From: Candidatus Danuiimicrobium aquiferis
Lineage (GTDB): Bacteria; Omnitrophota; Omnitrophia; Omnitrophales; Danuiimicrobiaceae
DNA: 64,000 nucleotides
Assembly: GCA_001804285.1 (NCBI GenBank)
Contig: MHFR01000037.1
Location: forward strand, 19,552-83,551
Direction of reading: 5' to 3'
The notes beneath the pieces were generated by a model that was given only the letters and a program-made list of their open reading frames with translations, had not been told where the DNA came from and searched no databases. Every line of letters starts with the position of its first letter. Within the stretch, counting starts at the first letter, position 1. Of the stretch, positions 11,164-21,572 are shown in pieces. The translations under genes were made by a program, and so were the position numbers.

Positions 11164-11370
11164 GTGGCACATCCAAAAAGAAGACATTCAAATATGCGGA
11201 GCCGCCTTCGGCGGACGCACGACACTCTAAAACTAAACTCGCTCTCAAAGTGTTCGAATTGTGGACATACAATGATGTCCCATAGAATCTGTCCCAAGTG
11301 CGGATTTTATAAAGGAAAGCAAGTCATTACAATCAAAACCAAAGACAAAAAAAATTCGGACAACTCATGA
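11164..11370 (+). CDS. rpmF: 50S ribosomal protein L32
   Basis: GTG start at 11164 gives VAHPKRRHSNMRSRLRR..., the canonical L32 N-terminus, plus a CxxC...CxxC ribbon. A GGAAAGGAAGGAAA RBS lies upstream. The ORF track extends to an upstream ATG at 11140. Confidence 0.85.
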   Translation: MAHPKRRHSNMRSRLRRTHDTLKLNSLSKCSNCGHTMMSHRICPKCGFYKGKQVITIKTKDKKNSDNS

Positions 11371-12431
11371 TTAAAATCGCTATAGACGGAATGGGAGGAG
11401 ATTTCGCGCCTCAAGTTACAGTCGCAGGTGCAGTTGAAGCCGCCAACAGCTTTGACGATATTGAGGTGATTATTGTCGGTCGCGAAGATGCGATTAAGCG
11501 GGAACTTTATAAACACAAAGTAGTCGGTGGTAAAATTTCCATCAAACACGCTTCCGACATGATCGAAATGAGCGATTCACCAGTGCAGTCAATCAAAAAA
11601 AAGAAAGATTCATCTCTCAGCGTTGCCATTGATCTCATTAAGCAAAAGGAAGCGCAAGCAGTTGTCACGGCGGGAAACACTGGTGCTGCCGTAGCTGCTT
11701 CAACCTTACAATTGGGATTGTTGCCGGGCATTAAACGCCCAGGAATTGCAATTATGCTTCCTACACCACACGGAATATCCATCGCCATTGATGTTGGCGC
11801 AAATATCAATCCCACATCCGAACATCTCCTCCAGTACGCGATTATGGCCAATATTTACGCACGGTATCTCCTCAAGAAAAAACAACCTTCGATTGGCTTA
11901 TTAAACATCGGAGAAGAAGAATCGAAAGGAACCGAACTTCAAAAGGAAACTTATAAATTACTGAGGGACTCCAATTTAAATTTTATCGGAAACATTGAAG
12001 GCCGCGATTTTTTTACGGGAAAAGTTGACTGCATCGTTTGCGACGGATTTGTCGGAAACGTCACGTTGAAACTGACCGAAAGCCTTCTGGAAATGATGAT
12101 CTCTCTTATTTCAAAGGAGATTTCAAAAAACTGGCTCGCCAAAATCGGCGCGATTTTATGCAAATCGGCATTTGACTCCATCCGAAAAGATACCAATTAC
12201 GAAGAGGCCGGCGGGGCACCACTTCTTGGAGTCAACGGAATTGTCATCATCAGCCACGGCATTTCTTCCGCACGTGCCATTTCAAATGCAATTCGCGTTG
12301 CACGGGACGCCGTCGTTGAAAGAATCAACGACCATATTATTGACGGAATCACCGAATACTCAAAAATGCATTTGGAATCCGCGACAAATTCAAGCACACA
12401 ACAGCATCCAACTCCCCGGGTTATTTCATAA
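11367..12431 (+). CDS. plsX: phosphate acyltransferase PlsX
   Basis: 354 aa. MIKIAIDGMGGDFAP is the canonical PlsX N-terminus. Overlaps the rpmF stop. Confidence 0.9.
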   Translation: MIKIAIDGMGGDFAPQVTVAGAVEAANSFDDIEVIIVGREDAIKRELYKHKVVGGKISIKHASDMIEMSDSPVQSIKKKKDSSLSVAIDLIKQKEAQAVVTAGNTGAAVAASTLQLGLLPGIKRPGIAIMLPTPHGISIAIDVGANINPTSEHLLQYAIMANIYARYLLKKKQPSIGLLNIGEEESKGTELQKETYKLLRDSNLNFIGNIEGRDFFTGKVDCIVCDGFVGNVTLKLTESLLEMMISLISKEISKNWLAKIGAILCKSAFDSIRKDTNYEEAGGAPLLGVNGIVIISHGISSARAISNAIRVARDAVVERINDHIIDGITEYSKMHLESATNSSTQQHPTPRVIS

Positions 12432-12433
12432 CC

Positions 12434-13417
12434 ATGCATGCTCAATCCATTGGAATTTTAGGACTGGGGGCGTATCTGCCCGAAAAAGTATTGACTAATT
12501 TTGATCTCGAAAAAATAGTAGATACCACCGACGAATGGATCCGGACTCGGACGGGAATACACGAACGGAGAGTTTCGGAAAAAGGAATAGCCACAAGCGA
12601 TCTTGCCTCAAAGGCTTCCCTGGAAGCCCTTCAAAACGCAAATCTGAAACCTGAGGATCTTGATTTAATCATTTGTGCAACGATTACGCCGGATACGTTA
12701 TTTCCGTCTACCGCCTGTTATATCCAAAATAAAATCGGCGCAAAATGTCCGGGTTTTGATATTTCAGCGGCATGCTCAGGCTTTCCGTATGCCCTCACAA
12801 TCGCAAACGGCTTAGTTAAATCCGGAATGTACAAAAAGATTCTCGTGATTGGCGCTGAAGTCCTTTCCAACTTTATCAATTGGAAAGACCGTTCTACGTG
12901 CGTTTTGTTCGGCGATGGCGCCGGCGCCGCTATCATCGGCGAGGTGAATAACGGCCATGGAATTATTGCAACTTATTTAGGGGCGGATGGCGCACAAACA
13001 GAAATTCTTAAAATTCCGGGAGGGGGCTCCGCAATTCCTCTCACTGTTGAAACGTTAGAGGCCGGAAAACAATATGTTTATATGGAAGGGAAGGAAGTCT
13101 TCAAATTAGCCGTCCGTAGCATGTGTGATGCCATTGAAAAAGTGGTCGAGCTGGGTGGTCTTCGGATCGAAGATATTGATTGCCTGATTCCACATCAAGC
13201 CAATATTCGGATATTAGATGCCGTAACCGATCGCGCAGGCATTCCGTCGGAAAAAGTTTTTATTAATGTAAATCGCTATGGCAATATGTCAGCCGCATCA
13301 ACACCGGTCGCATTGTATGAAGCAGTCAAACAAGGAATGATTAAAAAAGGATCGAATGTCGTTCTGGTCGCGTTCGGAAGCGGATTAACATGGGCAGCCT
13401 GCCTCATCAAATGGTAA
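12434..13417 (+). CDS. fabH: 3-oxoacyl-ACP synthase III
   Basis: 327 aa with the catalytic Cys context (AACSGF) and the C-terminal HQAN...GNMSAAS motifs. Confidence 0.9.
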   Translation: MHAQSIGILGLGAYLPEKVLTNFDLEKIVDTTDEWIRTRTGIHERRVSEKGIATSDLASKASLEALQNANLKPEDLDLIICATITPDTLFPSTACYIQNKIGAKCPGFDISAACSGFPYALTIANGLVKSGMYKKILVIGAEVLSNFINWKDRSTCVLFGDGAGAAIIGEVNNGHGIIATYLGADGAQTEILKIPGGGSAIPLTVETLEAGKQYVYMEGKEVFKLAVRSMCDAIEKVVELGGLRIEDIDCLIPHQANIRILDAVTDRAGIPSEKVFINVNRYGNMSAASTPVALYEAVKQGMIKKGSNVVLVAFGSGLTWAACLIKW

Positions 13418-13431
13418 CAAAAGGAAAGAAA

Positions 13432-14379
13432 ATGAAACAATTCGGTTTTTTATTTCCGGGACAAGGTGCACAAGCGGTCGGAATGGGATTCGACTTTTAT
13501 CTAAAAAACCAAGCCGCAAAAAAAGTATTTACTCAAGCAGATGAAATTTTAAATTTTCCGGTTACAAGACTATGTTTTGAAGGCCCTGATACCGAACTTG
13601 TTCGCACAAAAAATACGCAAATTGCTATTTTTGTCACCAGCATGGCAACGCTTGAAAGCGTCAAATTACAATTTCCGGACCTTCAACCGCAGGTTTCGTG
13701 TGGCTTAAGCTTGGGAGAATTTACGGCCTTAACCGCAATCGGGGCTATTTCATTTGAAGACGCTCTCAAGCTCGTGCAAATACGCGGGGAATTGATGGAG
13801 CAAGCCGCTGAATCAAATCCTGGCACCATGGCATCTATTATTGGGCTTTCGTTAGACGATATTCGGGAGATTTGCAACGAAACAGGAGCTGTGCCAGCTA
13901 ATATTAACAGCCCGGAACAAGTCGTGATTTCGGGTTCGGTTGATTCGGTTAAACAGGCTTGTGAACTGTGCGAAGCTAACGGCGCAAAGCGTGCCATCCA
14001 GTTGAAAGTCGGAGGTGCATTTCATTCACCGCTGATGAAAAGTGCCGAAGAAGGCTTAAAAAAAGCCCTTCAGAAAATCAGGGTTTCGAAAACAAATATT
14101 CCATTCATTCCCAATGTTACCGGCGAGGTGGTCAACGAGCCCGAAACGATCCGAATGCTGCTGGCCAACCAGTTGACAAGTCCGGTCGAATGGGTTAAAA
14201 CGATGCAGACTTGCCATCAAATGGGATTGCGCGAATTTTTAGAAATGGGACCGGGAAGTGTCTTGAAAGGATTGGCTCGGAAAATCAATTCAGAACTTAT
14301 CGTTTACAATATTAACAAAACAGAACACCTTGAAAAATTAAATACGATGATGCTGGAGGGAACCACCAATGCTTCTTAA
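13432..14379 (+). CDS. fabD: malonyl-CoA:ACP transacylase
   Basis: ATG at 13432 (MKQFGFLFPGQGAQ), with AAGGAAAG RBS and the GLSLGE active-site serine motif. The ORF track's 13390 start would overlap fabH. Confidence 0.9.
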   Translation: MKQFGFLFPGQGAQAVGMGFDFYLKNQAAKKVFTQADEILNFPVTRLCFEGPDTELVRTKNTQIAIFVTSMATLESVKLQFPDLQPQVSCGLSLGEFTALTAIGAISFEDALKLVQIRGELMEQAAESNPGTMASIIGLSLDDIREICNETGAVPANINSPEQVVISGSVDSVKQACELCEANGAKRAIQLKVGGAFHSPLMKSAEEGLKKALQKIRVSKTNIPFIPNVTGEVVNEPETIRMLLANQLTSPVEWVKTMQTCHQMGLREFLEMGPGSVLKGLARKINSELIVYNINKTEHLEKLNTMMLEGTTNAS

Positions 14380-15112
14380 AGATAAGGTCGCCGTTATTAC
14401 GGGTTCAGGGCGCGGTATCGGAAAAGCCATTGCAGAAAAATTCGCGAAAGAGGGCGCAAAACTTGTTCTTTGCGACATCAACGAAGATTGGGTGAAGCTC
14501 GCGAGCGAAGAATTTAAAGAAAAATATGGAACTCAATCAATTTATTTTTCGTTTGATGTGCGTGATGCTGAAAAAATAGATGCTTGTGTCAAAAAAATTC
14601 TTGACACCTTTCAACGTATCGATATACTCCTCAACAATGCTGGCATTACGCGGGATCAGTTGTTAATGATGATGCCGGAAAAAGATTGGGACGATGTTCT
14701 TTCAATTAATTTAAAAAGTGTTTTCTTGTTCACCAAAGCCGTTACGAGACCAATGATTAAACAACGTTGGGGACGTATTATTAATATGGCTTCGGTTGTC
14801 GGGGTAATGGGAAATGCCGGACAGGCAAATTACGCAGCTTCAAAAGGCGGCGTGATTGCGTTCACGAAATCCGTTGCGAAAGAATTGGCAAAGCGCAATG
14901 TGAATTCGAATGCAATAGCTCCCGGTTTTATCATGACCGACATGACAAAAAAGCTGGACGAAAAAGTTCAGGAAGCAGTGAAGCAAAATATCCCACTGGG
15001 CCGTTTCGGCGATCCGGAGGAAGTTGCAAATTTGGCTTTATTTTTAGCTTCTGATTTATCGAACTATATTACAGGTCAAGTCATCCACGTAGACGGTGGA
15101 TTGGTCATGTGA
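14369..15112 (+). CDS. fabG: 3-oxoacyl-ACP reductase
   Basis: 247-aa SDR: TGSGRGIGKAIA (NAD(P) binding), YAASKGG (catalytic YxxxK). Confidence 0.9.
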   Translation: MLLKDKVAVITGSGRGIGKAIAEKFAKEGAKLVLCDINEDWVKLASEEFKEKYGTQSIYFSFDVRDAEKIDACVKKILDTFQRIDILLNNAGITRDQLLMMMPEKDWDDVLSINLKSVFLFTKAVTRPMIKQRWGRIINMASVVGVMGNAGQANYAASKGGVIAFTKSVAKELAKRNVNSNAIAPGFIMTDMTKKLDEKVQEAVKQNIPLGRFGDPEEVANLALFLASDLSNYITGQVIHVDGGLVM

Positions 15113-15133
15113 ATTTAACAACGGAGGAAAAGA

Positions 15134-15373
15134 ATGGCAATACAAGATAAGATCACTGAAATTATAGTAGAACAACTTGGTGTAAAACCGGAAGAAGTGA
15201 CACCCGAAGCATCGTTTGTCGATGATTTAGGTGCAGATTCTCTCGATACCGTTGAACTCGTCATGGCATTTGAAGAAGAATTTGGAATTGAAATTCCGGA
15301 TGAAGACGCCGAAAAGATTCAAAATGTCGGCGATGCCATTAAGTATATTGACGAAAAAAGCGCTGCCAAGTAA
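15134..15373 (+). CDS. acpP: acyl carrier protein
   Basis: 79 aa with [20 protein letters not shown] (phosphopantetheine-attachment serine motif DSLD). Confidence 0.95.
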   Translation: MAIQDKITEIIVEQLGVKPEEVTPEASFVDDLGADSLDTVELVMAFEEEFGIEIPDEDAEKIQNVGDAIKYIDEKSAAK

Positions 15374-15453
15374 TTGAACTTCATGATTGGCAGTGTTTTG
15401 ACATTAACTATCAAATCAATCGAAGTTTATACTCTCCTTATTTAGACAACAGC

Positions 15454-16701
15454 ATGAAACACCGTGTAGTCATCACAGGCGCAGGATGTGTTACGCCTGT
15501 TGGAAATACAGTCAAGGAATCTTGGGAAGCCATTATTTCGGGAAGAAGCGGGACTGGCAGGGTCACTCAAGTCAATCCCGATCTTTACAGTTCAAAGGTA
15601 GCGGCTGAGGTCAAGGGGTTTGACCCCGCTCAATTTATTCCTGACAAAAAGCAAATCAAAAAAAATGACCGGTTTGTTCAATTTGCAATCGCCGCAAGTC
15701 AAATGGCCGTTGCGGATGCGCAAATCGATCTGAGCAAAGAAGATCTTTACAGAATCGGTGTGCTCATCGGCTCAGGAATTGGCGGATTACGCGTGATTGA
15801 AGAACAACACAAAGTTCTGATGGAACGCGGGCCGGAACGAATTTCACCGTTTCTGATTCCGATGCTGATTGTCAATATGGCACCCGGACAGGTTGCGATT
15901 CAGTTGGGACTTAAAGGGCCTAATTCTTGCGTCGCAACAGCCTGTGCAACCGGTTCGCATGCACTGGGTGATGCCTGCCGGATTATCCAAAGAGGAGAAG
16001 CGGACGTGATGTTATCCGGAGGAACAGAGTCGTGCATTACACCTCTCGGCTTTGCCGGATTTGATAATATGAAAGCACTTTCAACGCTGAATGACGTTCC
16101 AGAAAGAGCCTCCCGGCCCTTTGACAAAACACGAAATGGTTTTGTGATGGGGGAAGGCTGCGGAATTGTCATTCTGGAACGACTGGAAAGGGCACTCAAG
16201 CGGAATGCAAAGATTTATTGCGAACTTGTCGGTTATGGCATGACAGCCGACGCAACACATATGACCGCACCCGATCCAAACGGTTTTGGTGCGCAGCGTT
16301 GTATGGAAATTGCCATGGAAGACGCCGGTATCAAACCGGAAGATGTCGATTATATCAATGCGCATGGAACATCCACTCAGCTGAACGATAAAGTCGAATC
16401 ACTTGCTATTAAAAAAGCTCTGACTGAACCCATTGCAAAAAAGGTCATGGTCAGCTCTACCAAGTCGATGACCGGGCATTTGTTGGGAGCCGGCGGAGCG
16501 GTAGAAGCCATTTTTACCGCACACGCCATTAAGTATGGAATCGTCCCTCCGACGATTAATTATGAATTTCCGGATCCTGATTGCGATTTGGATTATGTCC
16601 CGAATCAAGCACGCCAGAAAAATATCCGAGTTGCCCTATCAAACTCGTTAGGATTTGGCGGACATAATGTCACATTGTGTTTTAAAAAGTTCGAAGGTTA
16701 A
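15454..16701 (+). CDS. fabF: 3-oxoacyl-ACP synthase II
   Basis: 415 aa. Active-site Cys (ATACATGSHA), HGTST and GHLLGAGG motifs. Confidence 0.9.
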   Translation: MKHRVVITGAGCVTPVGNTVKESWEAIISGRSGTGRVTQVNPDLYSSKVAAEVKGFDPAQFIPDKKQIKKNDRFVQFAIAASQMAVADAQIDLSKEDLYRIGVLIGSGIGGLRVIEEQHKVLMERGPERISPFLIPMLIVNMAPGQVAIQLGLKGPNSCVATACATGSHALGDACRIIQRGEADVMLSGGTESCITPLGFAGFDNMKALSTLNDVPERASRPFDKTRNGFVMGEGCGIVILERLERALKRNAKIYCELVGYGMTADATHMTAPDPNGFGAQRCMEIAMEDAGIKPEDVDYINAHGTSTQLNDKVESLAIKKALTEPIAKKVMVSSTKSMTGHLLGAGGAVEAIFTAHAIKYGIVPPTINYEFPDPDCDLDYVPNQARQKNIRVALSNSLGFGGHNVTLCFKKFEG

Positions 16702-16852
16702 GCCAATCTTCGGATTTTAATCCCGTTTCAGCACTTGTAATACAAACAATAAATCCTGAAGTTAAGATTAAACTCAAGAATACAAACTGACGATATATAA
16801 AGTGTAGTAATACCGCAGATAAGGAAAGGGCAGCGCCGGTTAAAGGCCTTTT

Positions 16853-19800
16853 ATGTATCTAAAAAAAGTTGAACTTTTCGGATTTAAATCTTTTGCTCTC
16901 AAAACGGAAATTGTTTTCGAAAAAGGCGTCACTTGCGTCGTCGGTCCTAACGGTTGCGGAAAGAGTAATATATCAGATTCTATTCGTTGGGTTCTCGGCG
17001 AAAGAAGCGCAAAGCTCCTCCGCGGTGCCAAAATGGAAGACGTTATCTTTGGAGGCACCGAATTTCGAAAACCCTTAAACCTTTGTGAAGTTTCGCTTGT
17101 CATCGATAATACCGATCAAAAACTTCCGCTTCAATATTCCGATGTTGTCATCACGCGTCGGTTACACCGTTCCGGCGAAAGTGAATACCTGATCAACAAA
17201 ACCCCGTGCCGCTTAAAAGATATCCAGGATTTAATCGCGGACACCGGATTGGGTTCAAATTCATACTCGATGATTGAGCAGGGAAGAATCGACTACATTT
17301 TAAATGCCGAAGCCGATGAGCGCCGCTATTTAATTGAAGAAGCGGCAGGCATTTCAAAATATAAAATAAAAAAAGAAGAAGCCATTCGGAAACTTGAACG
17401 CACAGATCAAAACCTTTTGCGTCTGAATGATATCGTTGCCGAAGTCGAGCGCAACATCAAATACGCAGAACGGCAGGCAAAACGGGCCGCCCGTTTTAAG
17501 GACCAACTCGAACAGCTGAAAGTGATGGAAATTAAAAAAGCATTTGAGGAACTTCGGCACTGTGAAGAACAAACGTCTGGGCTCGATCAAAAACGAGCGG
17601 CTCACCAAGAAACCTTAAATCGCATGGAAGAGCAACTCTCTACCAAAAATAAAACGATGAGCGAGCTTGAAGCGCGTCTTAGGGAGCTTGAACAATTATT
17701 CTATGCACAGGAAGCCATCCGCTCCGACATCAAGCAAAAGCAAGTTTCGATTGAGGATCATGAGAAATTTTATCGTGAAAAAATCGAAACTCTGAAACTA
17801 TCCAATGAAAAAGTACTTGGCGAAATCGAGTCTCTTAAAAAACGCTTGGCCGTCGTCAACGGCGAAATCGTACGGAAAGAAGCCGAATACAAAGCGATCT
17901 TGAGAGACCGTGATGACATCCTCCGGAATAAATTAGAGAAAGAATCCGTTTTAGAAACGTTCGCGTCAAAAGACGCAATTCACCAAAACGAATTACAGCA
18001 AAACAAGACCCGGTTGTTCGATTTGGCACGCGAAATTTCTGATTTAAAAAATAAAATCTCAAAAATCGATTCGGATCTGCAATCCATTGAACGTTCTAAA
18101 CATCATTTTTACGCGCAAAAGGATAAACATCTCGCCTCATTGGACAGCCTGTTGGAACGCAATCTCGTCATACGAGAACTAAAAGATTTTTTACAGATTA
18201 AGATTCTTGAGGCTGAGAAAAATCTGCGCACCGTGCTCAACGAGAAAGAAGAAGTCGCGTCCTATTTACAACAACTCTTAAGAGAATCCACTGAACACAT
18301 TATGGAAAAGGCGAAAATCGAAAGCCAAATCCAAATTTTTCAAGAACAGCATGATGCCTATCAAAAAGATTTGAAAGATGCAGGGTCTGCATCCACTGAA
18401 ACCCTTAAATTAGATTTCGTAAAAATCCTATCGGAAACAATTTCGGTCAAACCAGGTTACGAAGCCGCCTTGGAAACTGCACTGGATGAACTTACAAGCA
18501 GCCTTATCGCTTCCGATCTGGATTCTGCCGCCACGATGGTCAAACAATTGAAAGGAGCAAATGCCAGGCGGTTAAATATTCTTATTAGAAGCGATCTGGC
18601 AGGTGTAGGAGATTGGCTGGAAGATAAAATAACAGCGGCACATCCTCTTGTTGGAATACCTTTATTAAATGTTGTCGAAATCGAAGAAGGCTATAGCCCA
18701 TTGATACGTGAGTTGCTGAAAGATGTTTACATTATAAAAGATTGCGCGATTGAACGCCTGAGGGAGGTGCTTGCCTTATCAAAAGCTTCAACCTTTGTGA
18801 CAAAATCCGGATATTTTTTGTTTGCAGCAAATAGAATCTTTTATCGGAATCCCAGCAATCAAAAAACAGACCCCCCTCCTTGGACGGCCAAAAAAGACAT
18901 GCGCGAACTTCGTCAAACTTTGGATAAAGCCTCCGAAAAAATCAACAACATCAACAATTTGTGCTATCAATACGAAGAGCGCCTTTTAATCCTAACCAAA
19001 GAAGAAGATAAGTTCCGGGAAGATTTAAAAAAATGTCAGTCAGCACATGCCCGCATATCTGCCTCCTTTGATGGAATACGTGAACAAGCAATTAGTATTT
19101 TTTCCGAACTGAGGTTAATCACCGCAGAGGGGATCCAAAATGCGGCCGAAATGAAGCAACTGCGAGAAGAGCGAACCGCTTATTCGGGCTCCTTAACAAA
19201 TCTTGAAGCAACAGAAGCAGACCTACGCGCGATATTTGATAAACTGCAACACGCCATCAGCGTTCTTAAAGAGCAAAAAGACCATGTTGTCCGAGATCTT
19301 TCCTATATTTTGGCGCGCTTCGAAGTCTTACGCGAAAAGGAAGATGATATTGAAAACGGCTTGGCGTTCTTAAAAGGCCAATATTCAGATATTGACCAAC
19401 GCGTACTTATATTGACCTCTGAAAGGGAAATAGCTGCTAAGGAAGTTTCCAAACTCACTGAGGAGCTCACAAAGCTTGAAGAAGAAAAAATCATGGTCAA
19501 TCAACAGGTCATTGAGAAAACCGTTCTCGTTGAACACACCAAAAAGGAACGCAACGAAGTTCAAACTTATCGTGAAACACTCCTGTCGGAACTCAATGAA
19601 TTGACACGGTCTGTATCCGACGAGAAACAAAAATTTCACGAAATCAGCATTGAGGAAATTGAAATCGGGCATCGGAAAGAAAATGCACGTCATGAATTGC
19701 AAACACGTTATAAAATTTCTCTCACCGAATTAAATCCTGACGATTACGTTATTGCGGACGAAGAACGCCCGATGATGGAAGAGGAAATCGAGAAGCTCCG

Positions 19801-20476
19801 TTCTAAGCTCGATGAAATTGGCCCCGTTAATTTACTGGCGATTGAAGAACACGATGAACTCAACCAGCGCTACCAGTTTTTAGTGGCTCAACAGAAGGAT
19901 TTGATTGATTCGAAGGAGCAACTGCTCGAAACCATTCGAAAGATTAACAGGACAACCAAGAAATTATTTGATGAAACCTTTTTGAAAGTAAAAGAATCTT
20001 TTCAATCATATTTTAAGGTTTTATTCAGCGGCGGACATGCCGATTTAATCTTGTTAGACGAATTGCATCCACTCGATTCCGGAATCGATATTATCGCACG
20101 CCCTCCCGGCAAAAAGCCGCAACATATTACGCTTCTTTCCGGCGGCGAAAAAGCGATGACTGCCTTAGCATTGCTTTTTTCGCTTTTTTCTGTCCGCCCT
20201 TCTCCTTTTTGCGTATTGGACGAAGTCGATGCGCCGCTTGACGAGGCAAATACGGATCGCTTCTTAAGCGTGTTAAAACCGTTCCTCGATACGACCCAAT
20301 TTATCATCGTGACACACAGCCGAAAAACCATTTCGATCGGTGATTCGTTATATGGAATCACAATGGAAGAACCAGGCGTCTCCAAAATAGTGTCGGTAAG
20401 ATTGTCTCACGATGTCGAGGGAATTGAGCATGAAGACTCTAAACTGGCAGAGGAATTCAATAAAGTCTTAGTCTAA
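16853..20476 (+). CDS. smc: chromosome segregation protein SMC
   Basis: 1207 aa. N-terminal Walker A (GPNGCGKSN), long coiled coils, a hinge, and C-terminal signature LSGGEK plus Walker B (LDEVDAPLD). Confidence 0.9.
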   Translation: MYLKKVELFGFKSFALKTEIVFEKGVTCVVGPNGCGKSNISDSIRWVLGERSAKLLRGAKMEDVIFGGTEFRKPLNLCEVSLVIDNTDQKLPLQYSDVVITRRLHRSGESEYLINKTPCRLKDIQDLIADTGLGSNSYSMIEQGRIDYILNAEADERRYLIEEAAGISKYKIKKEEAIRKLERTDQNLLRLNDIVAEVERNIKYAERQAKRAARFKDQLEQLKVMEIKKAFEELRHCEEQTSGLDQKRAAHQETLNRMEEQLSTKNKTMSELEARLRELEQLFYAQEAIRSDIKQKQVSIEDHEKFYREKIETLKLSNEKVLGEIESLKKRLAVVNGEIVRKEAEYKAILRDRDDILRNKLEKESVLETFASKDAIHQNELQQNKTRLFDLAREISDLKNKISKIDSDLQSIERSKHHFYAQKDKHLASLDSLLERNLVIRELKDFLQIKILEAEKNLRTVLNEKEEVASYLQQLLRESTEHIMEKAKIESQIQIFQEQHDAYQKDLKDAGSASTETLKLDFVKILSETISVKPGYEAALETALDELTSSLIASDLDSAATMVKQLKGANARRLNILIRSDLAGVGDWLEDKITAAHPLVGIPLLNVVEIEEGYSPLIRELLKDVYIIKDCAIERLREVLALSKASTFVTKSGYFLFAANRIFYRNPSNQKTDPPPWTAKKDMRELRQTLDKASEKINNINNLCYQYEERLLILTKEEDKFREDLKKCQSAHARISASFDGIREQAISIFSELRLITAEGIQNAAEMKQLREERTAYSGSLTNLEATEADLRAIFDKLQHAISVLKEQKDHVVRDLSYILARFEVLREKEDDIENGLAFLKGQYSDIDQRVLILTSEREIAAKEVSKLTEELTKLEEEKIMVNQQVIEKTVLVEHTKKERNEVQTYRETLLSELNELTRSVSDEKQKFHEISIEEIEIGHRKENARHELQTRYKISLTELNPDDYVIADEERPMMEEEIEKLRSKLDEIGPVNLLAIEEHDELNQRYQFLVAQQKDLIDSKEQLLETIRKINRTTKKLFDETFLKVKESFQSYFKVLFSGGHADLILLDELHPLDSGIDIIARPPGKKPQHITLLSGGEKAMTALALLFSLFSVRPSPFCVLDEVDAPLDEANTDRFLSVLKPFLDTTQFIIVTHSRKTISIGDSLYGITMEEPGVSKIVSVRLSHDVEGIEHEDSKLAEEFNKVLV

Positions 20477-20492
20477 TCTTCAGTGTGAGAAC

Positions 20493-21050
20493 TTGAATAT
20501 ACCGAATTTTATCACACTCATACGAATCTTACTTGTCCCGGGTATTGTAACTTGCATTGCTTACGCAAATAACACACAGCAGAATTTAAAACTTTGCGCA
20601 TTTCTCCTTTTTATTGTTGCCATTATCACAGACGGTTTGGATGGATATATTGCACGCCGATTCAATTTAAAAACTCAACTGGGCACCTTCTTAGATCCAT
20701 TTGCGGATAAGTTGCTTTTGGTATCCTGCTTCGTCGCCATTTCACTGTCCAGCGCTTATCTTATCAAGCCACCGGCATGGATTATCATCATCATTGTCTT
20801 CAGAGAACTCGTCCTTGTTTGCGGACTTTTGATTCTTTTTTTCACCACGAACAAAATGACCATCAGACCAAACTATTTCGGAAAAATCACAACCGTCCTT
20901 CAAATGATCGCTGTGATCATGCTGCTTGGTCAATGGCATATCACCGAATATCTTTGGTACATCCTTGCGATCGTAACGAGCGCATCAGGCCTCATTTATG
21001 TATTCCGCGACCTCAAACAAATGAATTCGAACGGAAAACATTTAGCTTGA
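20493..21050 (+). CDS. pgsA: CDP-alcohol phosphatidyltransferase (PgsA-like)
   Basis: 185 aa, multi-TM, with DGLDGYIARRFNLKTQLGTFLDPFADK (the D-G-x2-A-R-x8-G-x3-D-x3-D motif). Confidence 0.8.
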   Translation: MNIPNFITLIRILLVPGIVTCIAYANNTQQNLKLCAFLLFIVAIITDGLDGYIARRFNLKTQLGTFLDPFADKLLLVSCFVAISLSSAYLIKPPAWIIIIIVFRELVLVCGLLILFFTTNKMTIRPNYFGKITTVLQMIAVIMLLGQWHITEYLWYILAIVTSASGLIYVFRDLKQMNSNGKHLA

Positions 21051-21074
21051 CAGACCCATCAATATTTATATAAT
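21047..21074 (+). promoter_or_regulatory. sigma70 consensus promoter (TTGACA-16-TATAAT) for the PC4-like gene
   Basis: TTGACA at 21047-21052 overlaps the pgsA stop codon. A 16-nt spacer leads to TATAAT at 21069-21074. AAAGGAGA RBS sits before the ATG at 21153. Confidence 0.55.
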
Positions 21075-21152
21075 GCATAAAGAATTTGCTGAAAAAGCAA
21101 TATTCCTTCCTTACTTTCCCGCAAAAAAATAACAAAAAGGAGACCTATTACC

Positions 21153-21398
21153 ATGGAAAATTCTAAATGTTACAGCTTTGCGCGGGGAGAAAATGAATCA
21201 ATTTTCGTTACCTTAAAGGAATATAAACAAAAGAAATACGTTGATTTACGGCTTTATTTCCGGCCGGAGGGGAAAGAAGAGATGGTGCCAACAAAGAAGG
21301 GAATTACGATCGGTTGTGAATATTTGGGTGATCTCAAAAAAGCCATTCTAATGTGTGAATCCGATTTAGCACCGACCAACGTAAAGGCACATTGCTAA
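21153..21398 (+). CDS. PC4/YdbC-like single-stranded DNA-binding protein (transcriptional coactivator p15 family)
   Basis: 81 aa. The pattern ...SFARGENESIFVTLKEYKQKKYVDLRLYF...KKGITIG... matches the bacterial PC4-like fold signature (K-Y-[VI]-D-[LI]-R ... KG-I-T-[LI]). It has its own consensus promoter and RBS. Confidence 0.5.
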   Translation: MENSKCYSFARGENESIFVTLKEYKQKKYVDLRLYFRPEGKEEMVPTKKGITIGCEYLGDLKKAILMCESDLAPTNVKAHC

Positions 21399-21411
21399 AG
21401 AGAAGAAATTC

Positions 21412-21440
21412 TTTACAAGGTTTGGCTAAGTCTGTATAAT
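21412..21440 (+). promoter_or_regulatory. sigma70-type promoter upstream of recA (TTTACA-17-TATAAT)
   Basis: TTTACA at 21412-21417, a 17-nt spacer, TATAAT at 21435-21440, about 130 nt upstream of the recA ATG. A short GC dyad (GGCGCGA-N6-TCGCGCC, 21540-21560) abuts the start codon. Confidence 0.45.
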
Positions 21441-21572
21441 TCAACATGTTACGAATAAAAACCGGTTTCATAGCTTCAGAAATAACCGCATTATTTTCTG
21501 ACATCATTTTTCTACGATTCCGGAATAAAAATTTTCCATGGCGCGAGGCAATTCGCGCCGAAGGGGTTCAAA

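Noticed and set aside
21399-21572. LexA/SOS box upstream of recA
   Set aside because: No CTGT-N8-ACAG, GAAC-N4-GTTC or GTTC-N7-GTTC match was found. Only a short GC dyad adjacent to the start codon is present, which is noted in the promoter feature and the PC4-like finding.
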